64,000 nt of DNA from Acidimicrobiales bacterium (GCA_965237375.1 CBDEFI010000003.1:2308-66307); one strand, 5' to 3'. Shown: positions 55,422-64,000, counted from the stretch's first letter. The notes: generated from the letters alone by a model not told the origin. Numbers and translations: made by a program.

Positions 55422-55839
55422 CCCGCGCCCTCCTGGCGTCAGACGGACGGAGGGGTTCGGCGTGCCCTCCGACGCGTCGCCCGCGCCCAAGTGGTGAGAA
55501 CCACTGCGGCGGCTACCACCACCAAGACGACGAGACTCCTGTTTGACCTGGAGTCGTCGTCCGCGTTTTGCGAATCCAGTGCGGTGTCGGGTTGGGCGGG
55601 TTCCGGGGGCGGTGGCGGGGCTGATCCGGTTTCGGAGAAGGCTTGGGGCTCGATGGGTGTGGCAGTCCGGACGGATTCCGAGGGCGACGAGAGCCTCACG
55701 ACCGGCATCGGGCGTCGGCAACGACTCCGAACCCCACGGTCACCCTGCCCGGTACCGATGCCCTCTAGTATTGTCCGCTCATCAGGGGGTGGTGCACCGT
55801 GGGAACCCACGCCAGCCGCGGGCCGGGGGAGGTGAGTCG

Positions 55840-56823
55840 ATGACGAGGGTTCAGGGCTACGTGCCGGACGGCATTCCGATGGAGCCGCCGAAGTTCCTGA
55901 CCAGGCCCTCGGAGTCGCTGAAGACGATCGCCAAACTGACCAAGCTGCTCATGTGGCCCTACGGCCTGTTCTACATCGGGCTGTCGGTGGTGGTATGGAA
56001 CTTCTTCACCCCCTCCATGGCCCGCATGCAGAGCTTCGAGATCGGCTGGGTCGCCGAGATCTACGTGCGCAACCTCGTGATGGTCGCGGTGTGGGTGAGC
56101 GCCATCCACCTGTGGCTCTACGTGCGGCGGTCGCAGGGGATGCGGTTCAAATACGACGACCAGTGGCCCAGTACCACCGCGCGCCGGTTCCTGTGGCGCA
56201 ACCAGGCGTGGGACAACGCGTTCTGGAGCCTCGCCAGCGCACCCGTCTTCTGGACCTTCTGGGAGGCGCTGCTCTACTGGTGCTACGCCAACGACTACAT
56301 CCCGCACGTCCGCTGGAGCGACGGGGCCGGCTGGGTCGTCTACCTGGTGGTGATGACGGTCTTCTCGTTCTGGCTCGTGGCGGGCTACTTCTACGTGACC
56401 CACCGGTTCCTGCACACCAGGCCGATGTACCGCTGGGCGCACTACCTGCACCACAAGAACGTCAACACGGGACCGTGGTCGGGCCTGTCGATGCACCCCA
56501 TCGAGCACCTGCTGTACTTCTCCACGCCGGTGTTCTTCCTGTTCATCCCCGCAAACCCGTTCATCATCATCGTGACGCAGATCTTCACCGGCCTGGCCCC
56601 GTCGCTCGGCCACTCCAACTTTGACCGGATCGTCGTGGCCGGCGACCGCACCCTCCCCGCCGGCGACTACTTCCACGACCTGCACCACAAGTACTTCGAG
56701 TGCAACTACGGCACCCCGGTGATCCCAGTCGATGCCTGGGTCGGCACCTGGCACGACGGCTCCCCCGAGGCCCACGAGAGGATGAGAGCCCGCCGAGCAG
56801 CCGCCGGCCACCCCGCGTCATGA
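55840..56823 (+). CDS. Sterol desaturase / fatty acid hydroxylase family membrane protein
   Basis: Histidine boxes HRFLH, HYLHHK and HDLHHKYF. GGGGGAGG SD upstream. Confidence 0.85.
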   Translation: MTRVQGYVPDGIPMEPPKFLTRPSESLKTIAKLTKLLMWPYGLFYIGLSVVVWNFFTPSMARMQSFEIGWVAEIYVRNLVMVAVWVSAIHLWLYVRRSQGMRFKYDDQWPSTTARRFLWRNQAWDNAFWSLASAPVFWTFWEALLYWCYANDYIPHVRWSDGAGWVVYLVVMTVFSFWLVAGYFYVTHRFLHTRPMYRWAHYLHHKNVNTGPWSGLSMHPIEHLLYFSTPVFFLFIPANPFIIIVTQIFTGLAPSLGHSNFDRIVVAGDRTLPAGDYFHDLHHKYFECNYGTPVIPVDAWVGTWHDGSPEAHERMRARRAAAGHPAS

Positions 56824-56909
56824 TCGTCCGCTGAGCAGACTCGACGGGCCGCGCATACGGTGGGCGGACCATTTCGAGCCCCGACACCCCACCCACCTGA
56901 GGAGGCATT

Positions 56910-57875
56910 GTGCGCGCTATCCGGATCTCTGCATACGGCGGCCCCGAGGTTCTCGCCCTCGAGGAGCAGCCCGACCCCACTCCCGACGCCGGCCAGGTGG
57001 TCGTGGACGTGGCCGCCGCCGGGGTCAACTTCGTCGACACCTACCAGCGCAGTGGTCTGTACAAGATCCCCCTGCCGTTCACCGCCGGGCTCGAGGGCGC
57101 CGGCACGGTGACCTCCGTGGGCGCGGACGTGACTGGTGTGGCGGTTGGTGACGGCGTGGCATGGTGCGGTAGCCAGGGCTCCTACGCCGAGCGCTGCGCC
57201 TTGGACGCCGCGAGAGTCGTGCCGGTCCCTGGTGCAGTCACGCTGGACACCGCGGCCGCGGTCATGCTGCAGGGACTGACGGCGCACTACCTCGTCATCG
57301 ACACGTTCGCCCTACAACCCGGGCAGCGCTGCCTTATCCACGCCGGCGCGGGCGGGACCGGGCTGCTTCTGATCCAGATGGCCAAACGCATCGGCGCCGA
57401 GGTGTTCACCACGGTTGGCTCGCCGGCGAAAGCCGAACTCGCCGCCGGAGCCGGCGCCGACCACGTGATCCTCTACAGCGACGTGGACTTCGCCGAGGCG
57501 ATTGTCGACATCGCCGGGCCGCGCCCGCTTGACGTGGTCTACGACGGGGTCGGCGCAGCCGTCTTCGATGCCAGCCTCGGCCTGCTGTGCCGCCGCGGCA
57601 CAATGGTCACCTTCGGGAACGCCTCCGGGCCGGTGGAACCGATCGCCCCGCTGCGGCTGTCACAGGAAGGCTCGCTGTTCCTCACCCGCCCCACACTGTG
57701 GGACCACGTCTCCGAACGCGCCGACCTGCTGAGCCGCTCGCAGGATCTCTTCGACTGGATCGACGACGGCATGAACGTCCGCATCGGCCTGGAACTCCCA
57801 CTCGTAGAGGCCGCCGAAGCGCACCGCCGCCTTGAGGGCCGCGCCACCACGGGAAAGATCCTCCTGCGGCCGTAG
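56910..57875 (+). CDS. qor: NADPH:quinone oxidoreductase (zeta-crystallin / MDR family)
   Basis: AAGVNFVDTYQRSGLY and HAGAGGTGLLLIQ motifs. GTG start with GAGGAGG upstream. Confidence 0.85.
   Translation: MRAIRISAYGGPEVLALEEQPDPTPDAGQVVVDVAAAGVNFVDTYQRSGLYKIPLPFTAGLEGAGTVTSVGADVTGVAVGDGVAWCGSQGSYAERCALDAARVVPVPGAVTLDTAAAVMLQGLTAHYLVIDTFALQPGQRCLIHAGAGGTGLLLIQMAKRIGAEVFTTVGSPAKAELAAGAGADHVILYSDVDFAEAIVDIAGPRPLDVVYDGVGAAVFDASLGLLCRRGTMVTFGNASGPVEPIAPLRLSQEGSLFLTRPTLWDHVSERADLLSRSQDLFDWIDDGMNVRIGLELPLVEAAEAHRRLEGRATTGKILLRP
57811..57872 (+). repeat. Direct repeat copy 1 (3' end of qor)
   Basis: 62 nt, 58 of which match 61443-61504. Confidence 0.85.
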
Positions 57876-58106
57876 CGGCACAGCCATTCGCCGCCGTGCT
57901 GCAAACGAGTGGGCATCCCGGCAGGCCGGGGCGCCGCAGGCGCACCCACACAGGCGAATCTCACTGCCGATGGGCTGGTGTGCCGTCCCAGAACGACCCG
58001 GATATCCTCGGTTGCCGCGACCGGGAGGACGCGCTCGGGACCCCGTACCCGTGATGTGACGTGAGGGTCCGCGCTACTTGACGTCTGGACGTCTACGTTG
58101 TCGCAC

Positions 58107-58349
58107 ATGACAGTCGCTTCCCCCAGGAATCCGGCGCGCCGACGCCGACCCGGTGAGGTTCGCGACGCGATCGAGTCCGCTCTTGCTGACGCCGGTGGCC
58201 CACTCCACGTACGGGAGATCCATGCAGCAGTTGCCAATCGACTGGGGGGCTACGTCTCGGCCTCGTCCGTCCGCAGCTACCTCAACCTCAACGCCGGCGA
58301 CGGGAAGCCATTCGAAAGGGTGCGACGTGGCGTCTATCGGATCGCCTGA
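58107..58349 (+). CDS. Small winged-helix protein, HARE-HTH-like
   Basis: GPLHVREIHAAV...SVRSYLN...FERVRRGVYRI pattern. TTG 58098 is an alternative start. Confidence 0.55.
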   Translation: MTVASPRNPARRRRPGEVRDAIESALADAGGPLHVREIHAAVANRLGGYVSASSVRSYLNLNAGDGKPFERVRRGVYRIA

Positions 58350-59277
58350 GGCGCTCGAACTCGCCGCCCCCACACCGGTTCGGCAGCCGGCTGTCCGGTC
58401 GGGACGCGCGTCTCTGTTCCACGCCGACTGTCTGGACTGGCTGGCAGAGCGCGACGTCGAGTCGGTGCACGGAGTCGTGACGGACCCGCCCTACGGGCTC
58501 GTCGAATACAGCGCGTCCCAGCAGGAGAAACTCCGCAACGGCCGTGGCGGCGTGTGGCGAATCCCTCCGACCTTCGACGGCCACCGACGTTCTCCGGTCC
58601 CGCGGTTCACGACCCTCACTGACGCCGACATCGACAGCCTTCGGTGCTTCTTCGGACGCTGGGCCGGGATACTCCTGCCGGTCCTCGTGCCGGGAGCGCA
58701 CGTTCTCGTTGCCTCGAATCCACTCCTCTCCCATCACGCTGCGACAGCCATTTGCGGGATGGGATTCGAGCGCCGCGGCGAGATCGTCCGACTCGTGATG
58801 ACAATGCGCGGCGGCGACCGGCCGAAGAATGCCCACGAGGAGTTTCCCGGCGTGACCGTGATGCCGCGATCCCGCTGGGAGCCCTGGCTGCTGTTTCGCA
58901 AGCCCCTGAGCGGGCGCGTGCAGGACAATCTCAACGACTGGGGGACGGGTGGACTTCGGCGCGTCTCCGACGAGCAGCCGTTCGCCGACGTGATCGCCTC
59001 GGCACCGACCCGTCCCGCCGAACGTCGGCTCGCTCCCCATCCCAGCCTGAAACCGCAAGCCTTTCTGCGCCAAGTCGTCCGGGCGATCCTTCCGCTGGGA
59101 ACAGGGATCGTGCTCGACCCCTTCGCCGGCTCGGGCTCAACGCTGGCTGCAGCCGAACACGTCGGCTACGAGAGCATTGGCGTGGAACTCGACGCCTCGT
59201 TCGTGGAACTCGCCAGGGACGCGATCCCTCTGCTGCGCGACTACGAGGTGGAGTCGCCCGCCCCTCGGTCCAGGTAG
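58327..59277 (+). CDS. Beta-class N4/N6 DNA methyltransferase
   Basis: Motif IV VVTDPPYG lies N-terminal and motif I VLDPFAGSGST lies C-terminal. GTG 58327 is proposed as the start. Confidence 0.8.
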   Translation: MASIGSPEALELAAPTPVRQPAVRSGRASLFHADCLDWLAERDVESVHGVVTDPPYGLVEYSASQQEKLRNGRGGVWRIPPTFDGHRRSPVPRFTTLTDADIDSLRCFFGRWAGILLPVLVPGAHVLVASNPLLSHHAATAICGMGFERRGEIVRLVMTMRGGDRPKNAHEEFPGVTVMPRSRWEPWLLFRKPLSGRVQDNLNDWGTGGLRRVSDEQPFADVIASAPTRPAERRLAPHPSLKPQAFLRQVVRAILPLGTGIVLDPFAGSGSTLAAAEHVGYESIGVELDASFVELARDAIPLLRDYEVESPAPRSR

Positions 59278-59897
59278 ACCCAACTCTCGCGCAACTTGTT
59301 GACCCCGGCGCGATGGAGTGTGGCCGTCCGTGTGCCCAGCTCGCCGCGCTCGTTCCGCCGGAAGTCGTCGGGTGTGACGTGGGCGAGATACACCTCGGTG
59401 AACTTCAAGGGCTCCCGTTCGACCGCAGGCTCGGTCTCGTTGTCAATCTTGTAAACGAAGACGCAGAACCACTGCTCGCGAGCACCGTGCGTATCGACGG
59501 CTCCACCCTTCTTCAGAGTCGATTTGACCTCGACGCCCTTCTCTCCCGACTTCACCTCGTCGTTGGCATACACGCCCCGCACGACGAGATCGGGGTGCCC
59601 ATTGTGGTACCGGTTCTGCACGAGAGTTCGGGCGTGCGTCGCCAGGCTCGCCGTCAGCATGTCCGAAAGCGTCCCCGACAGATTCGCCTTCCTGAGCGTG
59701 TCCTCCAGCCGGCCCAGTCCCTTACCTGTGAGGTGGACGTTGACGTCGTAGAAGAAGTCGTAGACGTCCTGCATCGCGGACTCGAAGTCGAGGATGCGCA
59801 GCTCGTAGGGAAGCTCGACATCCGGGTTGAAACCCTCGACGTTGACCCTTCGGCGTTCGATGACCACCGGGCCGACGATATGCCTACGGCCCCTCAA
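59241..59897 (-). CDS. Putative type II restriction endonuclease (PD-(D/E)xK-like)
   Basis: Convergent with the methyltransferase, overlapping it by 37 nt. GHPDLVV...EKGVEVKST resembles a PD..ExK core. No family recognised. Confidence 0.45.
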   Translation of the reverse strand: MRGRRHIVGPVVIERRRVNVEGFNPDVELPYELRILDFESAMQDVYDFFYDVNVHLTGKGLGRLEDTLRKANLSGTLSDMLTASLATHARTLVQNRYHNGHPDLVVRGVYANDEVKSGEKGVEVKSTLKKGGAVDTHGAREQWFCVFVYKIDNETEPAVEREPLKFTEVYLAHVTPDDFRRNERGELGTRTATLHRAGVNKLRESWVYLDRGAGDSTS

Positions 59898-59920
59898 ACA
59901 GCAAGACCAGGCCGATAACC

Positions 59921-61285
59921 GGCTCTACGCGTTTGATGGGGCAGCGGGGTTCGGTTGTCTGGCGGGGTCAGTGTGTCATGCGCAGCGGTAGAGGACGCGG
60001 AGGCGGTAGTTTTCGGTGTTGGTGTAGCCGAATCCTTGGCGTTCGACGGCTTTGATGATGCGGTTGACGCCTTCGGTGGGTCCGTTGGTGAGGCGGGTGT
60101 CGAAGTAGGCGAGCAGTTCGGGTTCCCACGCTCGGAGTGTCTTCGCGAGACGGTTCGTCTCAGCGATGTCGTAGTCGTCGGCCCAGCGGTGCCAGTCCGC
60201 CAGCGCCGCCTCGGCGGCGGGGCGGTCCGGGCTGCGGTAGACGTCGCGGAGTGTTTCTTTGAGCGTCCAGGCGCACTCGAGTTCGTCCCACGGATCGGAG
60301 CGGAACGCGGCGTCGAGGCGCCGCCGGCCGGCGGCGGTGAGGTTCTCACGGGCTCGCAGCAGGTCGTGGCGGGCGGCGTAGAACGGGTCGCCTTTGCGGC
60401 CGCGGTGCCCGGTGATTTCCTGGGTGCGGCGAGTTCGCACGTCGGTGAGCGCCTGAGTGGCGAGGCGTTCCATGTGGAACCGGTCCGCCACCCGGACGGC
60501 GTGCGGTGCCTTGTCGCGCACGGCGGCCTTGTAGCCGGCGAACGGGTCGATCACCACCGCCTCGATCGCGTTGACGTCCTCGCCGAGCGCGTCGAGCCGG
60601 TCGACCAGCACTTTCTTCGACCGTCCCTCGATAAAGTCCCACAACGCGGACCGGTCCAGGTCGACCAGGCCGGTCATGTAGCTCCGGTAGCGGCGGAACG
60701 TCGTCTCATCGAGCCCCAACCGCTGCGGCGGGCGCTGTGGGCGACCGGCGAGCTTGCGGCGCGCCGCCGCGACGATCGCCCGCCACGCCGTGGCCCAACC
60801 CACAGAGAACGACCGCGCCACCGCCGCGGTGGAACGCTCCCACGCAGCGCGGGCGATCGCCGCGCACAACCGGGCCGTCACACGGCGCCGCGGCGGCACC
60901 TGGGCGGTGGACTCGGTGAAGGTGCCCACACAGCGCGGTGTGGCGCAGCGGAACCGCCGCTTGGTCCACACCAGCACCGTCGGACGGTCGTAGCTCAGGC
61001 CGTCGCGCACCCGCTGCGTGCGGTACTCCTTCACCCGGCTGGTGAACGTCGCGCACCGCGGGCACGGCGCCTCGGGGCGCGCGACGCGCACCGACACCTC
61101 CAACACACCGGCGACCTCCACCGCCCCAGTGACCTCGAACTCGTCCAAACCGACCAGGACACGCGTAACATCAGCCATCTCGGGGCCTCCTTGTCTCGAC
61201 AGCGCTTACTGCCAGACTCGCGAGGCCCCGACCCGCGCGCGCGGACCCTCAGATCAGAACACGTGCCCCATCAAACAGCAAGACC
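59921..61285 (-). mobile_element. ISL3-family insertion sequence
   Basis: Inverted repeats GGCTCTACGCGTTTGATGGGGCA and (reverse complement) GGTCTTGCTGTTTGATGGGGCA. One transposase ORF. Confidence 0.75.
59976..61178 (-). CDS. ISL3-family transposase
   Basis: 400 aa. N-terminal zinc-finger CPRC...RFRC, then a DDE-type body typical of ISL3. Confidence 0.85.
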   Translation of the reverse strand: MADVTRVLVGLDEFEVTGAVEVAGVLEVSVRVARPEAPCPRCATFTSRVKEYRTQRVRDGLSYDRPTVLVWTKRRFRCATPRCVGTFTESTAQVPPRRRVTARLCAAIARAAWERSTAAVARSFSVGWATAWRAIVAAARRKLAGRPQRPPQRLGLDETTFRRYRSYMTGLVDLDRSALWDFIEGRSKKVLVDRLDALGEDVNAIEAVVIDPFAGYKAAVRDKAPHAVRVADRFHMERLATQALTDVRTRRTQEITGHRGRKGDPFYAARHDLLRARENLTAAGRRRLDAAFRSDPWDELECAWTLKETLRDVYRSPDRPAAEAALADWHRWADDYDIAETNRLAKTLRAWEPELLAYFDTRLTNGPTEGVNRIIKAVERQGFGYTNTENYRLRVLYRCA

Positions 61286-61442
61286 AGGCCGATAACCGTC
61301 CTGTCGGCAGACACGTGCCCTCGCCCGGGGTGATCGCTGAGAAGGTCTCCAACTGTCCAGAGGGGGCCTCGGGTGCGAGGAATCCCCGCCGCCGACTCCG
61401 GCCGCGAGAAGGGCTGGAGAAGGTCCGCGCCGGACGCCGCCA

Positions 61443-61504
61443 CCGCCGAAGCGCAGCGCCGCCTCGAGGGCCGCGCCACCACAGGAACGATCCTCCTGCG
61501 GCCG
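61443..61504 (+). repeat. Direct repeat copy 2 (orphan qor 3'-end fragment, stop codon lost)
   Basis: Encodes AEAQRRLEGRATTGTILLRP, compared with the qor C-terminus AEAHRRLEGRATTGKILLRP*. Confidence 0.85.
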
Positions 61505-61594
61505 CAACGCCCCGGAACCGACTCCTCCTTCAGTCCTGACACTGCTCCCCGGAGAAGGCGCGACCGAGTCCACGCGCCGGGATAGGGTCGCAAC

Positions 61595-63082
61595 ATGGCC
61601 GACCGAGCCGTCCACCACGAGTGGCGTCCGATAGCCGATCTCAGCAGCGAAGATATCGAGACGGCCGGCGGCGAGTTGCCGACGCTCATTGCGGTTTGGG
61701 CCGAGGCCCGCGGGGAACTGTCCGAGGAGCAGGTGGAGGACTTCAACGAGCGCCTCAACCGGGAGTGGGCAATCGAGACGGGAATCATTGAGCGGATCTA
61801 CACGCTCGACGAGGGGACGACCCGGCTGCTGGTCGAACAGGGAATCGACACCTCCCTCATTGCCCACGACGACAACGGCGGCTCACCAGAACTCATCGCC
61901 GGGATCATCCGAGACCACCAGGAGGCGGTGGAGTGGCTCTTCGAGGTTGTCCGCCAGGAACGGCCTCTGTCCACGTCGTTCGTCAAGGAACTGCACGCCC
62001 TCATGACCCGCAAGCAGGACTACGCCGAGGGCGTGGACATGTTCGGCCGCGCCACAAAGATCAAGCTTCGCCGCGGCGATTACAAACAGCGGCCCAACAA
62101 CCCTACGCGCAACGACGGGAAGGTCCACGAGTACTGTCCTCCCGAACACGTCGCCGCCGAGATGGACCGGCTGATCAAACTCCACGCCGAACACACTGGG
62201 CGTGAGGTTGCGCCTGATCTCTCCGCGGCGTGGCTACACCACCGTTTCATTCAGATACACCCCTTTCAGGACGGCAACGGCCGCGTGGCGCGAGCCCTCG
62301 CCTCCCTGGTGTTGATCCGTGCGGGTTGGTTCCCGCTCGTCGTTAACCACAAGGACCGCTCGAGGTACATCGACACCCTGGAGGCCGCCGACGCCGGCGA
62401 TCTCCGCCCGCTGACAGAACTCATCGGCACGATCCAGAAACGGTCGTGCCGAGCCGCACTGAGCATCCTCGGAGAGGTCGAGCGGGAAGAGGCACGTCTC
62501 GAGCAGATGATGGATGCGATCGGTGAAGCGTTCGGCAGCCGGGATCGGTATCTCCGCCACGAGACGGCGCGCGCGAAGGAGATCGCGGAAGGTCTTCGAG
62601 TGATTGCAGAAGACAAGTTCCAAGAAGTTCGCTCCGGTCTCGAACAGCGCATCGGCACCAGCGCCGCAGACCGTCGGATCTTCGTGGACACTGGACTCGA
62701 CGACACCGATCAGCGGGGTTGGTACCGCTACCAGGTTGTGGACACGGCTCAACGGCTCGGTTACTTCGCGAACATCCGCGACTACCACGAGTGGGTTCGC
62801 ATCGCCTTCGTGACCGAATCCGGCCGGTCGGAAATCCTTCTCTCGTTCCACACAGTCGGGCGTGATTTTCGGGGCGTCGTCGGTGCATCAATGTGCTTCT
62901 ACCGCCGCCAGCGAGGGGATGGCGACGGGATCGAGCAGCAGGTGATCGAGCTTCAGACGGCTTCGGATGATCTGTTCCAGGTCAACTACAAGGAGGATGT
63001 CGGTGCGGCCGAGAGACGTTTCGGCCCGTGGCTCGAGAATACGCTCGTGATGGGCCTCGACCAGTGGCGACGTAGTGAGTAG
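61595..63082 (+). CDS. Fic/DOC-family protein with an uncharacterised C-terminal domain of about 200 aa
   Basis: Canonical Fic motif HPFQDGNGRVARAL. Confidence 0.85.
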   Translation: MADRAVHHEWRPIADLSSEDIETAGGELPTLIAVWAEARGELSEEQVEDFNERLNREWAIETGIIERIYTLDEGTTRLLVEQGIDTSLIAHDDNGGSPELIAGIIRDHQEAVEWLFEVVRQERPLSTSFVKELHALMTRKQDYAEGVDMFGRATKIKLRRGDYKQRPNNPTRNDGKVHEYCPPEHVAAEMDRLIKLHAEHTGREVAPDLSAAWLHHRFIQIHPFQDGNGRVARALASLVLIRAGWFPLVVNHKDRSRYIDTLEAADAGDLRPLTELIGTIQKRSCRAALSILGEVEREEARLEQMMDAIGEAFGSRDRYLRHETARAKEIAEGLRVIAEDKFQEVRSGLEQRIGTSAADRRIFVDTGLDDTDQRGWYRYQVVDTAQRLGYFANIRDYHEWVRIAFVTESGRSEILLSFHTVGRDFRGVVGASMCFYRRQRGDGDGIEQQVIELQTASDDLFQVNYKEDVGAAERRFGPWLENTLVMGLDQWRRSE

Positions 63083-63216
63083 CGGCTCGCAGCCCATGGA
63101 TCTATTTCGCTGCCGCACGCCGATCGTCTGAGACACACATCTCGCCCAAACGGTAGGACTAACCGAGCACCTGGCCGTGAAACCGCCGATACGGAGTTCA
63201 CCTAACCTCGGTCGCG

Positions 63217-64000
63217 GTGGCTTCGAAACTCTTGCGCGTCCTGGCGCCGCACCGGCCGGCTGTGCGGATCCTGCTGCTGCTGGTTGTGGCCGGGGTGGCG
63301 ATCGGAGTTGCCGGCGCCCTGTTCTCCGGCGGGGAGACGGCGGCACGCGATCCGGTAGTCACGGGGACTGCTCCCTCGCCGGCCGGAGCGGTACCCGCGC
63401 CAGGCCCATCTCCGGAGGACGACAGTCCTGCCACGGCCGGCCTGCGCGAGGAGGACGCTGCCACCGCTGACGAAGCGACCTCCCCGGCCCGGTCCGGGGG
63501 CAACGATGGCTCCGATGAGGCCTCGGCGGGCGACGCTGCCGTGCCGGCTTCGGGCGACGAGGCTGCGGCCTCCGCAACACCCGAGGACACTTCGGCACCG
63601 GCAACACCCGAGGACACTTCGGCACCGGCGACCGGCGATGACAGTCCGACCGAGGACACCGGCACGGGATCCCCCGAGGCGACCGCTTCTGGGGCAAACG
63701 AACCGCCCGCAGTAACGACGGTGAACGAGCCTGCCGTTACCGACGCCGCGGCACAGCTGATCGAGCAATTGCGGCCGCTGGTCGCCGACAGCGATCCGAG
63801 TCTGCCCGCCTACGACCGCGCCTACTTCGCCGGCTGGGTCGACTCCGACGGGGACTGCGTCAATACGCGCCACGAGATCCTGCAGATGGAGGCCGCGGAC
63901 TTCTCGATGAACGCGGAGGGCTGCGCCGTGGCGTCCGGGGAATGGTTCGACCCGTATACGAACCGGACGTTTACCGACCCGCGTGACCTCGACGTGGACC
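63217..64000 (+). CDS. Secreted or membrane-anchored DUF1524/HNH-type nuclease (3' end outside the window)
   Basis: Not in the track because it is open-ended. Frame opens after TGA 63178. TM/signal ILLLLVVAGVAIGVAGALF. Acidic Pro/Ala linker. YDRAYFAGWVDSDGDCVNTRHEIL...GEWFDPYT...DLDVD. Confidence 0.65.
   Translation, partial: MASKLLRVLAPHRPAVRILLLLVVAGVAIGVAGALFSGGETAARDPVVTGTAPSPAGAVPAPGPSPEDDSPATAGLREEDAATADEATSPARSGGNDGSDEASAGDAAVPASGDEAAASATPEDTSAPATPEDTSAPATGDDSPTEDTGTGSPEATASGANEPPAVTTVNEPAVTDAAAQLIEQLRPLVADSDPSLPAYDRAYFAGWVDSDGDCVNTRHEILQMEAADFSMNAEGCAVASGEWFDPYTNRTFTDPRDLDVD
63574..63627 (+). repeat. 27-bp perfect tandem duplication in the nuclease linker
   Basis: GCAACACCCGAGGACACTTCGGCACCG occurs twice and encodes ATPEDTSAP twice. 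Confidence 0.85.

Noticed and set aside
55439-55810. 123-aa minus-strand ORF with a C-terminal hydrophobic segment in the 418-nt gap upstream of the desaturase gene
   Set aside because: It has no SD, no recognisable family and no signal peptide. It could be a small tail-anchored protein, but the evidence is insufficient to call a gene. The long gap itself may hold regulatory RNA.
58078-58097. The idea that the GACGTC palindromes upstream of the R-M genes reveal the recognition site
   Set aside because: This is pure speculation from two short repeats. It is kept only as a possible operator note in the R-M finding.
61299-61442. Possibility that the endonuclease reading frame continues across the ISL3 insertion
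   Set aside because: Joining 59921 to 61299 in silico gives an open frame, but the peptide is not coding-like and has no motif. The endonuclease is more simply a 218-aa (or slightly shorter) protein.

Overview
High-GC, strongly GC3-biased, Actinomycetota-like chromosomal segment. Coordinates were anchored on the supplied ORF track. Many track ORFs are antisense shadows or carry false N-terminal extensions, so I trimmed starts where an SD/start pair, a 4-nt GTGA/ATGA stop-start overlap or family N-termini supported it.

Layout:
- 1-13.2 kb: catabolic/transport cluster (LLM oxidoreductase, amidohydrolases, VOC, GntR regulator, FAH hydrolase, alpha/beta hydrolase, five-gene Liv-type ABC importer, adenosylhomocysteinase-like gene).
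- 13.2-16.3 kb: small accessory insert (VapBC, hypothetical gene, COG1373/DUF4143 ATPase).
- 16.3-27.1 kb: FAD oxidoreductase, fused HyuA-HyuB hydantoinase/oxoprolinase, two SDRs, flavin monooxygenase, MMPL transporter.
- 27.3-29.2 kb: RCC1-like 7-blade lipoprotein and a cyclophilin. They share one reading frame and are split by a single TAG.
- 30.0-38.6 kb: four-gene type II Wadjet-like SMC cassette in the unusual order jetC-jetA-jetB-jetD.
- 38.7-45.2 kb: toxin-antitoxin-dense island (VapBC, MazEF, VapBC, TacAT), a DUF45 relic, a second DUF4143 ATPase, and SPFH and SRPBCC genes.
- 46.3-49.2 kb: IS110-family element inserted in a MITE/REP-like repeat and itself disrupted by an intact IS3-family element.
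- 49.4-57.9 kb: ECF sigma plus Asp-box membrane protein, diaminopropionate ammonia-lyase, tandem LLM paralogs, sterol-desaturase-family protein, quinone oxidoreductase.
- 57.9-61.5 kb: HARE-HTH/methyltransferase/endonuclease plus ISL3 islet, bracketed by a 62-bp duplication of the qor 3' end.
- 61.6-64.0 kb: Fic protein and a partial secreted DUF1524/HNH-type nuclease.

A roughly 100-bp MITE/REP-like hairpin repeat occurs six times. No rRNA, tRNA or CRISPR array was seen. All family calls come from motif recognition by eye; no searches were run.
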